DNA of 38,838 bases from Phoronis australis (taxonomy: Eukaryota; Animalia; Phoronida). Where the stretch lies: NCBI GenBank assembly GCA_002633005.1, contig NMRA01000593.1, positions 144,280-183,117 on the forward strand, read 5' to 3'. Under the pieces are notes generated by a model. That model made no database searches. It was not told the origin of the DNA and saw only the letters and a list, made by a program, of their open reading frames with translations. This document shows positions 23,293 to 36,437 of this stretch, one piece after another. The position numbers and the translations under genes are program-made. Positions within the stretch are counted from its first letter, which is position 1. Each line of letters begins with the position of its first letter.

Positions 23293-26200
23293 ATACAGCG
23301 CCAGTTAACTTCGAAGTAAGCAGGTGGATCTCTTGATAACGGAGCGTCGGCGCTACCTTGCCAATGCAAAAAAACTGGGCCTCGTGTGATGCCACTCCTC
23401 AAAAGTGTTGGTCTTAGATTACGCATCATTGAAGATATTGAAAGTTGGGGGCCTAGAGGTGTATGATACACGCTGTAGTGTTGGCTTACGTAGTAAATGA
23501 GCTCGCCCACGCCAAAATTAATAACACGGTGCCAAACGAAATAAGATTGGTAATTTAGACCCCGCGATGATCTGATGAAGACACTTACTTGGCTAATGGA
23601 ACGTGCGCTAACAGAAAATTGGATAATGCGTGCCACTATAAAAAGACGGATCGAGTGTCGAGAGCCTCGTTTTGATTACGCAGTGTATTGAATAAGTTAT
23701 TTCTGCACGAAATCTGGTTGATTCGTTGTTTTCTGACAAATGCGAAAAAATTAATTACAGTGCATTCAGAAAACGTCTTTCTATCTTCATTGCGTACAAT
23801 GTAAAGAATCATGAAACTGAGATGGAGTATAGCTTCGAAATACAGCACTTTTGGGCTCAAACTGCCATGTTGTGAACTCAAATAGCCCGTACCGCGATAA
23901 TGCGTGGACGTTATTTCAGGAAATTAATCTAAATGGCAACCAGCATATCGACGTTTGTTCACAGGTAGACTAATGGTACCGTGTAAGAGTTTCGCCACTT
24001 ATGTGAAAAACAACAATACATACTATTGCTAAACACAAGTAGAGCTATATTGGCCAAACTGACTTGATTTTCTTGCAATATCATACTGTCCCAACACAAG
24101 GCAAACAACGCGCTTTGTCCAGTTAATCAAGGATTTCCGTAGAGCTGCGCCATCTGTGGCCAGTGCACACTTCGGTTGTGCATACCTAGCCTAGTTCCAG
24201 TCTCTAGCGTATAGTTCTTCAGCCGCCTTTGCATTATTCGTAGGTTTAACTACAAGACACACAACCTGCCTATGTATGTCTCCGAGGTCCCCAACAAAAA
24301 TGGATGATATTTGAGATTTATGAATTAAATCTTTTAATTGTTTGGAAAAATTGCTGAATGACATAAACATTTTGAGAAAGATAAACATTTTTGGCATTCA
24401 CTTCACTCGCAGAACCTTCCAAACGCATCGGAATTGGTGTTAGAGGAGGAAGACCGCCTCTCTAAATTAGCAATCACATCCACGCATCACTCTCCGGTTT
24501 CGTCTTGATGGGAAAACGCCTAGATATTCTTGTCGTCAGTGAATTACGAGACCTGCAGGAATCGTATGCTCGTCCAATGACTGTTCAAGTAGATTAATAA
24601 CCTCGTGTTATGATATTTCCAAAGCGCTCTTACTAGTCTTCTCTTGAACCTTCAATCTTATGTAGACAATAATTGCTGGAATTTGATAAGTGTTCTTTCC
24701 CTACCTGTACGTTATAGGAGCACGTTACCAGATATAGTTATTGTCACGTACAAGTTCATCGATCCATTTATTCAGTGCAACAGCTTATAATCAAGGAATG
24801 CTGCATATTTTCAACGACTTCAGCATCCAATGAAATCTACTTAGCAGTTTGTCAATAAATCGGTCTAAGGTTACGCATATCTGCGTCTGAAGTGTACGTC
24901 ACACGTTGTTTGTATTAACATGATAACGTGATTGTTATCGAAGTTTTAGGGCAATTGACTTGCAAGGTGACGGATCCCGAAAAGATAAACTGTATCTCTT
25001 ACATGCAATCCGTTTAAAATTTCGTGGAACCGTGTCTTGATATCAAAACATACATGAAGAGCGTTATCGGACCGCTGACACTCGATAGCAGATCTCACAA
25101 TACTAAATAGGCTAACCGCTAAGTTTGGCAACTGATCTATTCCAAACCACTCCCTCATTTTTTGTGTTTTTTGTCCGCATTTGCCGGTAAAAATACTCTC
25201 CACGAGGTCTCGCAGATTGAACAGCCACTACTCTGATCTAAGATGTGCCACGATATAACATCGGTTAATGATGCGGAAAATACCATCGCGAACAGCTGAG
25301 ACTGGTGACAACGCTGACTTCTCATTGGACTCGGTCATACTGAGCAGTTCTGAGTTCTACATGTGTGATATACAACCTGCATCTCACAGTTTAGTGACCG
25401 AGGCCTAAGCCCTGTCGACTGTACACATCGTGGCTCCTATTTTGTAATAGACTCTCGCCGATCTATAAAGTCGACTTATGTATTGAATTAGAACATGTCC
25501 AACATTTGCTCCCAATTTTGATCGACTCAGGAGAAGTCAACGACTTTTTCCAAAGTCGGTGTCAAGCCTTATACGACTAGTCGGAAAGTGTACTTGGACA
25601 TCAGACATGTCTTAAAGCCCTCCGATTTTTTAGTACGTGGTCGAATGCTTCGTACACAAGTTTTTTTAACTGAAGTTTACACACTCAGAGCATTGCCGAC
25701 GTCTACGTTTTAAATCTAAAAGCCTTGTCAGAATACTGGTCTGCACACCCATGTCATATCTATATTACTCCATATCCGTGTTTCGAAGTCGATCGCAAAA
25801 AATTGGAGAGGGTACCTGATGAGATAGTAAGACGCGCCGCTGAGGTGGCTGCCATTTTTCGATTTTTTGTAAAGATTTGGGTCGCTTTTTGAAAGGATGA
25901 GGAAATCACTATTTTGCATGACAATTCTCTGCACGGTGAGAATGCTGGCGTGATGATTTTCAAGCTAGAAAGGTCGGCAAACCTGGTTGGTCCCGGCTAG
26001 CGACGAGCGTCTGAGACTCCTTGGTTTTGAGATGCACGTCGCACAATTATAGCCGTCTCGGTACAAAAGATGGGTCGCTTTTTTCACCCGAAATGGGTCA
26101 CTGGCAGTTCTATCTCCAAGAGTAACCATGGGTTTTATATAATTCATTTTAGTCTGGTATAAACATCGCAGCTACGCTCACCAACCCTATAAACATGAAT

Positions 26201-27882
26201 AACATCACGTATTTTATAGAACCGAGAAACTGTCTCAAATATGGTAGTCACACGCAGTGTCGGAACATTTTGGTGGCATTGGCGGTTAAAGCATAATTAT
26301 ACCGTATTTAGCGAGTCTACTTTTTGGAAAACAAATTGGTTGGGCACATTGCAGGCGAGGAGTCAGGCTGAGGTGACTAGCATGGACTCGCTTCATGACA
26401 TCCTGGATCCGCGTTAGTAGGATTGCCTCACTGTTTTGTGCCTTATGGAGATTACATGTATAATGTCTGAAGGTTTCGACGCTTACCTGAGAAGTGCGTT
26501 TTGCGCTGTGGATAAGTCCATGTACAATACACTAAATACAATTCCAGCAGTACACAACCCGGCGGTTCAGTCCAACAGTATACTTTGAGCCAGTGATGTA
26601 CGACACTTTTGTTTTCTGTACTCAATACTCCGCTTTTCAGATCCTTGTAGTTATTTGAACAGTCTTTTTGTCTCGCGGATAGACGACATCTACTTGTGTT
26701 CGATACGCAATTTCCGCAATGATGCGGCAGCTCGTGCTGACCTCTGCGGTGATGGAAATCTATACTCGTACCCGCGGTCACATTCGCATGTCAACTCAGC
26801 GGCGCTATACAGGTGTTTATTCAATGAATGGGAGATAAACACGTGTTGCCGGATGACTCAATGATGTTTTCAATAACAGCTGTGACGTGGGCCACTATCG
26901 ATACAAAACGTAAACAATGTTATCTCGACAAGCCCTTGGGTGTATGACCTGCTCCATCAGCGATATAGTTGTCGTCACTTTTTATTCTTCACCAGGTCTG
27001 ATAATCCGGACTATAATAATCAATTCAATATGTGGAAAATGTACAGTTCAAGTTTGTAATAATTATGAGTCATGGATAATGTGGTGAGATAACGATAGTT
27101 TATCGACCAGGTAAATGTTATAGTTTGTTGATAGCATCAAAAGTGCAGCACAAATACGAGAACACGGTGAAGGGTAGAGATTGCCAACAGGTTGTGTGCT
27201 ATTTTTTCAAATCACTAATGAGGGTTTCTTTCATCGCTTTGGGTTGCCGCCCCACTCCAATAAGTACTGGGGCATCTAGAATCCTGACTACCTGGAATAA
27301 TGGGAAATCTCATACCCGAGACGATGTTCCCACCGTCACGATCGCCTTTTCTTTTCACGGTTCCTTCATAGTGAGATGGCCCCAACACAGAGACGAAGCC
27401 AGGAAGACCACATGTACAATGCTCGCCGGCCGAAAAGCAGTGACGAAAATTTTGTGCCCCCCACCCTCCTCCCCGCTTGCCACCGTGACCGATGCGTCAC
27501 CTCTGTTCCCCACCGGTAGTCACAATTTTGCTGCTCAACCCGGCCTTGCAGTTTCGCCCTATATGTGCCTCTTGTGTGTGTGCAGACCACCACACAGATA
27601 CCGAACACACGCACGCAGGCACAAACACACACATCCCGAATGCCCCCATACCAAAACGGAAAAGCGGGAACAATTAATCCCGAAGTAGGCGGCACGATCC
27701 ACCACGTCCCGGGTAGCTAATTAACTTCGTTGTTGTAACTGGGCGCGGTAAATGCAAACTTTCCTCACAGGTGGTGTGTGCAGGTGTCAAAAGTATTGTT
27801 TTACAACACGAGCAGTCTGCGTCATCGACCGCTTAGTAAAGACAAGGAAAAATGTAGTATCGTATCACTTGCTTCACGTATA

Positions 27883-28659
27883 NNNNNNNNNNNNNNNNNN
27901 NNNNNNNNNNNNNNNNNNNNNNNNNNNNNNNNNNNNNNNNNNNNNNNNNNNNNNNNNNNNNNNNNNNNNNNNNNNNNNNNNNNNNNNNNNNNNNNNNNNN
28001 NNNNNNNNNNNNNNNNNNNNNNNNNNNNNNNNNNNNNNNNNNNNNNNNNNNNNNNNNNNNNNNNNNNNNNNNNNNNNNNNNNNNNNNNNNNNNNNNNNNN
28101 NNNNNNNNNNNNNNNNNNNNNNNNNNNNNNNNNNNNNNNNNNNNNNNNNNNNNNNNNNNNNNNNNNNNNNNNNNNNNNNNNNNNNNNNNNNNNNNNNNNN
28201 NNNNNNNNNNNNNNNNNNNNNNNNNNNNNNNNNNNNNNNNNNNNNNNNNNNNNNNNNNNNNNNNNNNNNNNNNNNNNNNNNNNNNNNNNNNNNNNNNNNN
28301 NNNNNNNNNNNNNNNNNNNNNNNNNNNNNNNNNNNNNNNNNNNNNNNNNNNNNNNNNNNNNNNNNNNNNNNNNNNNNNNNNNNNNNNNNNNNNNNNNNNN
28401 NNNNNNNNNNNNNNNNNNNNNNNNNNNNNNNNNNNNNNNNNNNNNNNNNNNNNNNNNNNNNNNNNNNNNNNNNNNNNNNNNNNNNNNNNNNNNNNNNNNN
28501 NNNNNNNNNNNNNNNNNNNNNNNNNNNNNNNNNNNNNNNNNNNNNNNNNNNNNNNNNNNNNNNNNNNNNNNNNNNNNNNNNNNNNNNNNNNNNNNNNNNN
28601 NNNNNNNNNNNNNNNNNNNNNNNNNNNNNNNNNNNNNNNNNNNNNNNNNNNNNNNNNNN
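27883..28659. other. Assembly gap (777 N)
   Basis: Run of N; the right flank CCCCCCCCCCCAAATCCGCTTCTG resembles the end of a CAG-NGGCGGAT MITE. Confidence 0.99.
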
Positions 28660-29091
28660 CCCCCCCCCCCAAATCCGCTTCTGGTAAATGACCATGAATC
28701 CGATATCAGTCTGATCATCATTCACGGGAAATCTGGCTCTCAGTTGCGTAGATTTTTTCATCTTCATTGTATCTAAAACCACTCCCTTACCTTAAAACCG
28801 GTAAGATTTGACGTTATTTTACGTTTTTTTTGGAAGATTACGTCAACACAAAATTTTTATAAACTTGATATCGTCCCGTGTAGCAAATGGACCATTTTAC
28901 GGTTTGGGATTCATATGGAATATCATGTTTTCGTTTCGTAGATGCAAAAATCTCGCGAACCTGTAAGATCAAGTCTGCGCCAGATTTTTCCAAGTATTAT
29001 TAGCGAAGCACGTGTTCACTCTGCCTTGCGTTTACAGAACGCAACCTTGGCCTCCCACCTACCTGCTTGATGGAAACACTGAGCTACGTTC

Positions 29092-29253
29092 CAGTAGCAG
29101 ATTTAGAGGGGGGTCAAGGGGACCATGCCTCCCCCCCCCTAAAATTCTCCCAGATTCCATTTGGCAGTTCCGGGCTGCGAATGGTTGACGGGCAAAATCC
29201 TGGCTAATACCCTACCCTGGGCCCCCTAAATCAAAATCCTGGATCCGCCCTTG
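29092..29253. mobile_element. MITE with CAG(T/G)GGCGGAT-type TIRs and 5-bp TSD
   Basis: Ends CAGTAGCAGATTTAG / CTGGATCCGCCCTTG; CGTTC at 29087-29091 and 29254-29258; interior shared with 32401-32665. Confidence 0.75.
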
Positions 29254-29697
29254 CGTTCTATGATTTTATTTGTATGTTTCATTCTGCTTTAGACTGTCGG
29301 CGTCCCATACTTTATTTCAGTAGTGAAGAGTCCGTCTAACTGTAAAAAGGCCAATGACTTGGGGTTCTTTCCCACTGGAAGCCGGTGAGAAAATGTAGCC
29401 AAAAAGAACCTATGACTTGTACATAGAAATGGATTCCGTCACACTTCACAAATTTTATGTAGTAAGCAAACAACCGACCCTGTTAGTAAAAGTCTAATTA
29501 CGATCCGGGGTACTGGACTCTGTCTTAGGTATTTGGTGAGTTCTTGGAGACCCATTTTTCCGGTTGTATTAAATTGCTCTGGATGTTGACTCCCGGCCCT
29601 GTACCCCATATAGTGAGTGGTCAGCTGCATAAGCAAGACCTGGCGCTATTAGGGATATGTTCATTAACCGCATATTATATCTATTGACCATGACCCT

Positions 29698-29908
29698 CAT
29701 GCGCGCATCCAGCCTTTAATATGGGAGGGCTCGAATCTCTGACAAAGTCTTTTGCTAACAAAAAAGCGGGAGGACTGAAAAAAACGGGGTACCACCTTCA
29801 GGTCTGTGAACTGTGCGTCTGCGCTATTTAGTTTTTGTTTCTCTGAGGCGAACCTTTTTACCCACTTCGCCAAATAGGGGTGCTCGTTCTAGCCCCCCTG
29901 GCTCGCCG
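29698..29908. mobile_element. Diverged copy of the GCGCGCACCCAG MITE family
   Basis: Starts catgcgcgcatccagcc...gggctcgaat; shares tttttgtttctctgag and ccacttcgccaaa with 36180-36437. Confidence 0.6.
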
Positions 29909-31196
29909 ACACTTTTCCTCTTTTTGGTGTAAAAGATTTTTATAAATCTCTCAGAGATGCGAAATCAAGATCAATGATGCTATGAGTTTGCACCTTCAGC
30001 CATAGTGAGAGTCCTTTTTTCACGTTCTTGTTAAATGTTGACCGCGTGAACTGATAGTGGCGATGTCGAGAGGTGAGCTAAGGTGACAACAGCTCTCCCC
30101 ACATGATAGCCACCTGCATAAGAATTAACTACTAACTTAAACTTGTAGTAAAATCTCTCTTTTCGAAAATGTGGGTGTACAGTTGTCTGTTCCGGCAATT
30201 AAATACCACACGAGATGAACTCAGTCGGGCGGACTAAATATTTGGATGCTAATACGACGGTGATAAAACTAGAATTTCATTTTTCAAACTACATCACTAA
30301 GTTCGTGTTGATTTTTACACACTCATGAAAAAATCGTCTAACATGTTGGGCGAAATATGCACCTTTTCTGAAGATTGTTTAATAGTACATTCCTCCTGGC
30401 ATCAGTGGGCTTTTATTGGAGACGGTGTCTGTTTGTTTTCACGTTTATAAGTATGTTTCACCGAAATTATGCTTGAGATTTTTCCCTGTTTACTCTTTGA
30501 GCCTGGCTAATTCCTGTTGACACCCACCAGTGTGGTCCATTCCACTCCTCAGAGACACTTGAGCCTACTTTTAGGAGCACGGTATTTGAAAAATCGAATC
30601 TAAAGGCAAATTGTGTCGTTGCTGGCTAACTTGATAAGTCAGTCACTTACACAGGCAATAAGTCTTGACTAGTTCTTATCAAACTATAATCAGTGAATGA
30701 TTGATTTTAGTTTTTGATTTGTCAGTACTGCTGCTTTGAAGTGAGAGGAAAAGTGCACGTCACATCCACTCTTATTACACTTCGATTCACTAATTTTCCA
30801 GCGAAATCGGGATTAGTTTCAATAATCGATATAACTTCATTGATTAGGTTTCAAATGGATAGATCTGTGACGGCCGTTGACATTTGTGTACTGATCATAA
30901 CGCAATATCAAATGAATGACCCTAACGTCTTTGCCTGGGTTTGAAAAAATAATATCCGTGTGTTGACGTTCGGCGTTTAAAGGGACTATTTTTTCGAATT
31001 TACGACCGAAAAACGCGATTTTGAGATTATTTTTGGGTTTGACGAACTGTTATAACTTGAAGTTATTAGATTCAAAGGAGAAGACTACCTTTTTCATGTC
31101 ATTTTTAGTAAAAATATGATTCGTTAATTATCCCAGATATATGTTTCAGTTAATTACACCTTCCCGTAATTTTATTAATTAGTCGGGACCTACTCA

Positions 31197-31286
31197 GGAA
31201 GTGACGTTTAGGGGGTTGCAATTTCTCGCCATTTTGTTTCCGGCAAAAAGTCCCTTCGAGAAAGGGACCTGTTTCTCGAAGGGACT
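31197..31286 (+). promoter_or_regulatory. Promoter-like motif cluster plus 15-bp hairpin
   Basis: GGAAGTGACG (31197-31206), CGCCATTTTG (31227-31236), inverted repeat AGTCCCTTCGAGAAA-8nt-TTTCTCGAAGGGACT (31249-31286); could alternatively be a transposon interior. Confidence 0.35.
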
Positions 31287-32400
31287 ATTGCGGACTTCTG
31301 TCTTTTGACTTTAGCCAAAAGTGACCACGAATAACAAAAAGGTTGATTTAATCTTTTGCGTTCCTCAAAACGTTTGTCTTCTCAGAAGTTGAACAGACTA
31401 CGGCGGATTTCTGCCCTTAACTTTGAGTTGTTGACTTTCAGCATTTTGTCTTAGCCTGTTCGCGTGAACAGTCTATGCCATCCGTAGACTGAATTTTAGC
31501 CGAAAGTCAATAAACAAAAGGCCACAAGGCTGCGAACGATCGATCGCGACAACTGGTAGTCAGGATGGTAGCCTGCGGTGCCTGTGTCGTATAGACGCCG
31601 AAGGCAAAGTCGGCAAGAAACGCGGAGTGTAGAAAATTTCCATATGCGGGTTAATGTGGATGCAAAAGGGTCACACAGCGTTAGGCAGTCAGTAGAAGTC
31701 GCAAACTTCACATCGGAAGTATAGCGGCGTTGAATCTTCCTGTTCAGTGAAGCAACCCGAATGCCTTAACGCTCCAGTCCCGATGGTCACGTCAGTCAGA
31801 GTCACGTGCTTAATCTACAGTGATGCTGCGACGAACAGCGAACAGAAAATGTCGCTGTAGTCAATCGTGAACACCAGAAAATTTCCCAAACGCGTTAGGT
31901 ACTGTGCCGTCGATACTGGCTGGTCCCAAAGTGCGTCAACGGGTCCCCGTAAAAGTCGTCAGCGTATGGTGGAAACGGTAATAATCGTGCGAGGACGGTG
32001 GTGAAGACACCATAACTGCATTTAGTCAATGTAAATTAAGTTTTCGTACAATCTTTGCCACACACGTACTACGTTTATATGGACTTCGCGGTGCTTATAT
32101 TACGGCCTACGTGACCTGGTTCTCGTCAATCCCGCTGGCACTGAGCTGCATTTGTCAGATCGCAGAATCTTGGCGCTTGTTTTGAACACGCTCAGAAAAA
32201 CAGATACCTTTCGGGGACTGATCGGCGATCATTCGCGACCGTGGAGACCACAGCACGATATCTGGCGATTCCGCCATCACGCGTATGACACGCTTATGGC
32301 GTTCTTGAGACGCGCTTTGGGGGCATGTCGTGTCGCCGCAGACAGCGCAGTAACGCCGCTCCCCGGTCAGTCACGGGCCTTCAGGAACACGCTTTCTCTC

Positions 32401-32665
32401 CAGTGGCGGATTTATAGATTCCACTTGGCAGTTCAGGGTGCGAATTGCTGACTATAAGCGCGCACCCAGGGGGCTCGGGGGCAAATGCACAGTGCATCTT
32501 GAACAAACCCCGTTTTTTCTTTTTAGTAATAAGGTCCACAAACCCAAAAATTCGAGACCCTTACGTCCCTAAATTTTAGGCTGGGTGCGCGCATGACACG
32601 AAATTCTGGTTACTCCTGTGCTCTGCCCCCCCCCCTCCCAACTCAAAATCCTGGACCCACCACTG
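32401..32665. mobile_element. Second CAGTGGCGGAT MITE copy, 5-bp TSD, carrying a nested element
   Basis: Ends CAGTGGCGGATTTA / CTGGACCCACCACTG; CTCTC at 32396-32400 and 32666-32670. Confidence 0.75.
32453..32595. mobile_element. Nested short MITE, GCGCGCACCCAG family
   Basis: 12-bp inverted repeat GCGCGCACCCAG (32458-32469) / CTGGGTGCGCGC (32581-32592); interrupts sequence that is contiguous in the 29092 copy. Confidence 0.75.
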
Positions 32666-35145
32666 CTCTCCCTCTTAGAAACCAACTTACAGAGCTCCGA
32701 CCAAGCATGCCATGACTCAGAGCAAAACGCTAGTTTTCAAAGATAAAGCTACAATAACGCTTTGACTTATGAATAAAGTTTATCACGTGATCGAAACAAA
32801 AAAAAACGAGAAAACTGTGAATACGCGGTGTTTGTGAGTGGGAGAAATACTAGCCACTGTACTCGTTTCAATTCCATTTCAGAGAGAACGTAGGGAATGT
32901 CAAGTGTTAAATAACAATGTCGTCGTGGCGACGAAGACGGAGATGGACACAGCTAGTCATTGTGCTGCGCATACCCATTTCCAGCATTGGCAACGCTACA
33001 AGTGATGTATGGCAAATCCCTTTTATCAATAAACACGAAGAGACTGACACGTTTTTTATAACTTAGTGGTTGATAAGTAGATTCGTGTTTACAGGAAGTT
33101 ATAATTTGTTTACATTTACAACAAAACCGCATCAGAAAGACAACAGTCGATAACATACCTGGTCAAAGTGGAAGCAAACTCCCAAAGATGACAAGAGGCA
33201 GTGTTGTCAAATCAACGAATGAAGTGATAATAAACCACTTGAATAAGACTTATGGCTTTGTAAGACTAACGATGTTTCTTCCTAATGCGAGGCTTAGTAA
33301 TTAATTATGCCTCGTAGTAGGTCAACAAAATGTTGACTAACCATTGATTTACCAACAGAAATGAAATTAATGTAATTAAAGGCGTTACCACAGGGATGGG
33401 TGTGCTAAAACTGTATCGTCTTTATCGAATGGCTATGCAAACCAGTTCGCATACACTTTTTTAACTAGCTACAACCGGGCTATGCAAAAATTAAACGCAT
33501 GCAATATTCTCAAGTGTAATCGACACGCGAAGTGCCTTGCACCAAATCAGCCGCTGGGAATGCTCTGCTTCACAGTGGAAATTTCATTAAATTACATTAA
33601 TTGTTCTAGGCAGTGACAATAGCATAGTTATTCATGGATTTAACCCCCAGTGATCCTTTCCCATCTACACGTGATGCGTCAAACAGGGAAATGAGAAGTT
33701 AAGATGTTCCACAGAAGATGCTTCAAGAACACAAAAATTATTTTTACAATTGAGTTCTCTGGCACGCTTTTCAAAAACATTTTTCAGTAGAAGTCTTACG
33801 TATTAAAGAACACACTTAGTTAAGGGGTGAAAAACGCAGTTTTAATATTGCTGAGTATCGGATAGACTTCTTGAAGTTATTAGTCACCAACAGAGTCGTG
33901 AAACAACAAAACCCGTTGTGTTTTTGAGACTTAGTTATAAATCGCCGATTCTCGACGTTGGCTTCCAGTCAATTCGTGAGTGTCCACGATTGAACTACTT
34001 CAGTGAAATCTGGGCGGTGACCTTAGGCCAACAAAGTATAGTTGGTTATGGTTAATGCCCGACTCAGTATGAGACCTGGGCTCACCGAATAAAAAAAACG
34101 TCATAATTTGCGAAGTAATTAGTAAATATCAAATCCCACATCATTTTTGCTGGTGAATTTTGTTTTTGAAAAAAGTGAGTTACGAAATACTAAAAAATAC
34201 CGCATCGCCGACTCTGTTAAAAATCAATGTTTTTGGCCATATCAACTGTTTTTGGGCCGGATTTTACCCATGCCATAGGAATGCTAATTTTGATGTTTGG
34301 GCTAAACCTCAGAATTGAGAAGACGGGGCATCGTCCAGGAAACCGGTTATAGTTTCCTCTACTTCTGAGAGTGGATGTGAGGCCTAAGGTCAAGTTTGAC
34401 TTTATGAGGGTCCAGTTTCGAGAAATTTCACTTTATTAAGATCAGGCTTTGAAGGTATACTTTGAAAGGGTGCGGTTATTCGTGTCCACTGCTTTAGAGG
34501 GTGTCGGATATCTGTTGTCGTAACATTGGTACACGAGTTTCTGATGACTACCTCCCACAGAGTAGTAAATGATTTAGAACTGGCAGAATTTCTTTAACCA
34601 ACGTCAACATTAACTTGTTCATTAATCTTTCATCCTTTCAATGGTGGTCGATGCTATTGTTTTTTCTTTACAACAATAGTACATTTCATGTATTGGATGT
34701 TGCTATGCTTCACGTCAACATAACGTAGTTTTTTCGACTCGTTTGAAATTTTATCTAGGCCTACTTTCTCCGGAGACTCGAAAGGTTATATCATAGATGG
34801 AAAAGCATGACACTTAATTCCGTTATCTGGTGACCCTCCAAGAGGTGATCGTCTTTAAATTAAAAGGTTATACGATTTCACAAAATCAGGAAAAATGAGA
34901 CATTAGAGTGCACCATTAGGGCCCCCTTAGAGCGGTCCCACAAAGTGTTACAAACCACTGCTTGTACACTTTACATACTTTCAACATTCACATTTCCCAT
35001 TGTCGAATAAAGTAGACTAGAAAATAACGGTATTTTGTGCTTTCTGATTCGAAATTACCAATAATTCGTGCCTCTGAGTGACGCAGAAGCGTGCTCAAAA
35101 TTGTGACCAACGATATGCTGAATATAGGTCACGGTACAATCGAAT

Positions 35146-36392
35146 GGTCTCCAAGAATTCGTTTACCAAAGAAGTGAATGGGTGTAGCAATTGATGCTAC
35201 CACTAGGACGCCTACCCGCAAGCGGCAATCGAAATAATGAGACGTGATAGCGGGGTACCTGGAGAAATGTAGTATGGCATACCTTCTTGAATTTAAAAAT
35301 CTGAATCCACTCGTTTTTGAAAATCTGAAGAACATTTTTTATCGTATTTTTTGAAGTGTGCATGGTTAAAACCACATTTTAAAGGCATTTAGACAAGATA
35401 TACTGCACAATTTGAACCTTCTAGCAAAATGTCCTGGCCAGGGTGAGGGTCTCCAAAGAGTAACTCCAGCCCTGGTAGCTGAAAGATGTTCTCTCGTCTA
35501 CATCCTTCGCTGCGTCTTTCTTTTCTAGACTGCCTCCAAACCTAGGCCCTGCGCCTATAGGCGCGCACCCAGCCTAAAATAGGGGGCTCGAATTTTTGAG
35601 AATGTGGACCTTTTACCAAGATTCACGGGGTACGTTCACAGCTATAGATTGTGCATTCGCAGAATTGTGGCTTTTCATGCTTTTTTCGTGGACCTTTGTC
35701 TCGTTTTCTACTTTTTCCGGTGTTTTTGTTTCTCTGAGTGGGTCCTTTTTGACCACTTCGCCAAAAGNGGTCTCCAAGAATTCGTTTACCAAGGAAGTGA
35801 ATGGGTGTAGCAATTGATGCTACCACTAGGACGCCTACCCGCAAGGGGCAATCGAAATAATGAGACGTGATAGCGGGGTACCTGGAGAAATGTAGTATGG
35901 CATACCTTCTTGAATTTAAAAATCTGAATCCACTCGTTTTTGAAAATCTGCAGAACATTTTTTATCGTATTTTTTTGAAGTGTGTATGGTTAAAACCACA
36001 TTTTAAAGGGATTTAGACAAGATATACTGCACAATTTGAACCTTCTAGCAAAATGTCCTGGCCAGGGTGAGGGTCTCCAAAGAGTAACTCCAGCCCTGGT
36101 AGCTAAAAGATGTTCTCTCGTCTACATCCTTCGCTGCGTCTTTCTTTTCTAGACTGCCTCCAAACCTAGGCCCTGCGCCTATAGGCGTGCACCCAGCCTA
36201 AAAATAGGGGGCTCGAATTTTTGAGAATGTGGACCTTTTACCAAGATTCACGGGGTACGTTCACAGCTATAGATTGTGCATTCGCAGAATTGTGGCTTTT
36301 CATGCTTTTTTCGTGGACCTTTGTCTCGTTTTCTACTTTTTCCGGTGTTTTTGTTTCTCTGAGTGGGTCCTTTTTGACCACTTCGCCAAAAG
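35146..36392. repeat. About 620-bp tandem duplication (35146-35767 / 35769-36392) joined by one N; probable haplotype artefact
   Basis: Both copies start ggtctccaagaattc and end cgccaaaag; N at 35768; few SNPs and 1-bp indels. Confidence 0.9.
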
Positions 36393-36437
36393 GGGGACTC
36401 GTTCGATTAGAGCCCCCCCCCCCGAGGCGAGCGTATG
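36180..36437. mobile_element. Longer GCGCGCACCCAG-family MITE (partial duplicate at 35557-35767)
   Basis: Starts TATAGGCGTGCACCCAGCCTAAAA; colinear with the reverse complement of 32453-32595 (ctcgaattttt, tgtggacctt, cgggg, tgtgcatt). Confidence 0.6.

Noticed and set aside
20230-26150. Several AT-rich segments resembling old Kolobok-like repeats (e.g. ttgaaggtgcatgc at 20231)
   Set aside because: Could not pair termini or TSDs by eye; needs a repeat library
27752-28782. Long 280-330 aa ORFs
   Set aside because: Artefacts of translating the N gap
35146-36392. 620-bp direct repeat as LTRs or a true duplication
   Set aside because: No TG..CA ends or internal region; a single N at the junction points to overlapping haplotype contigs
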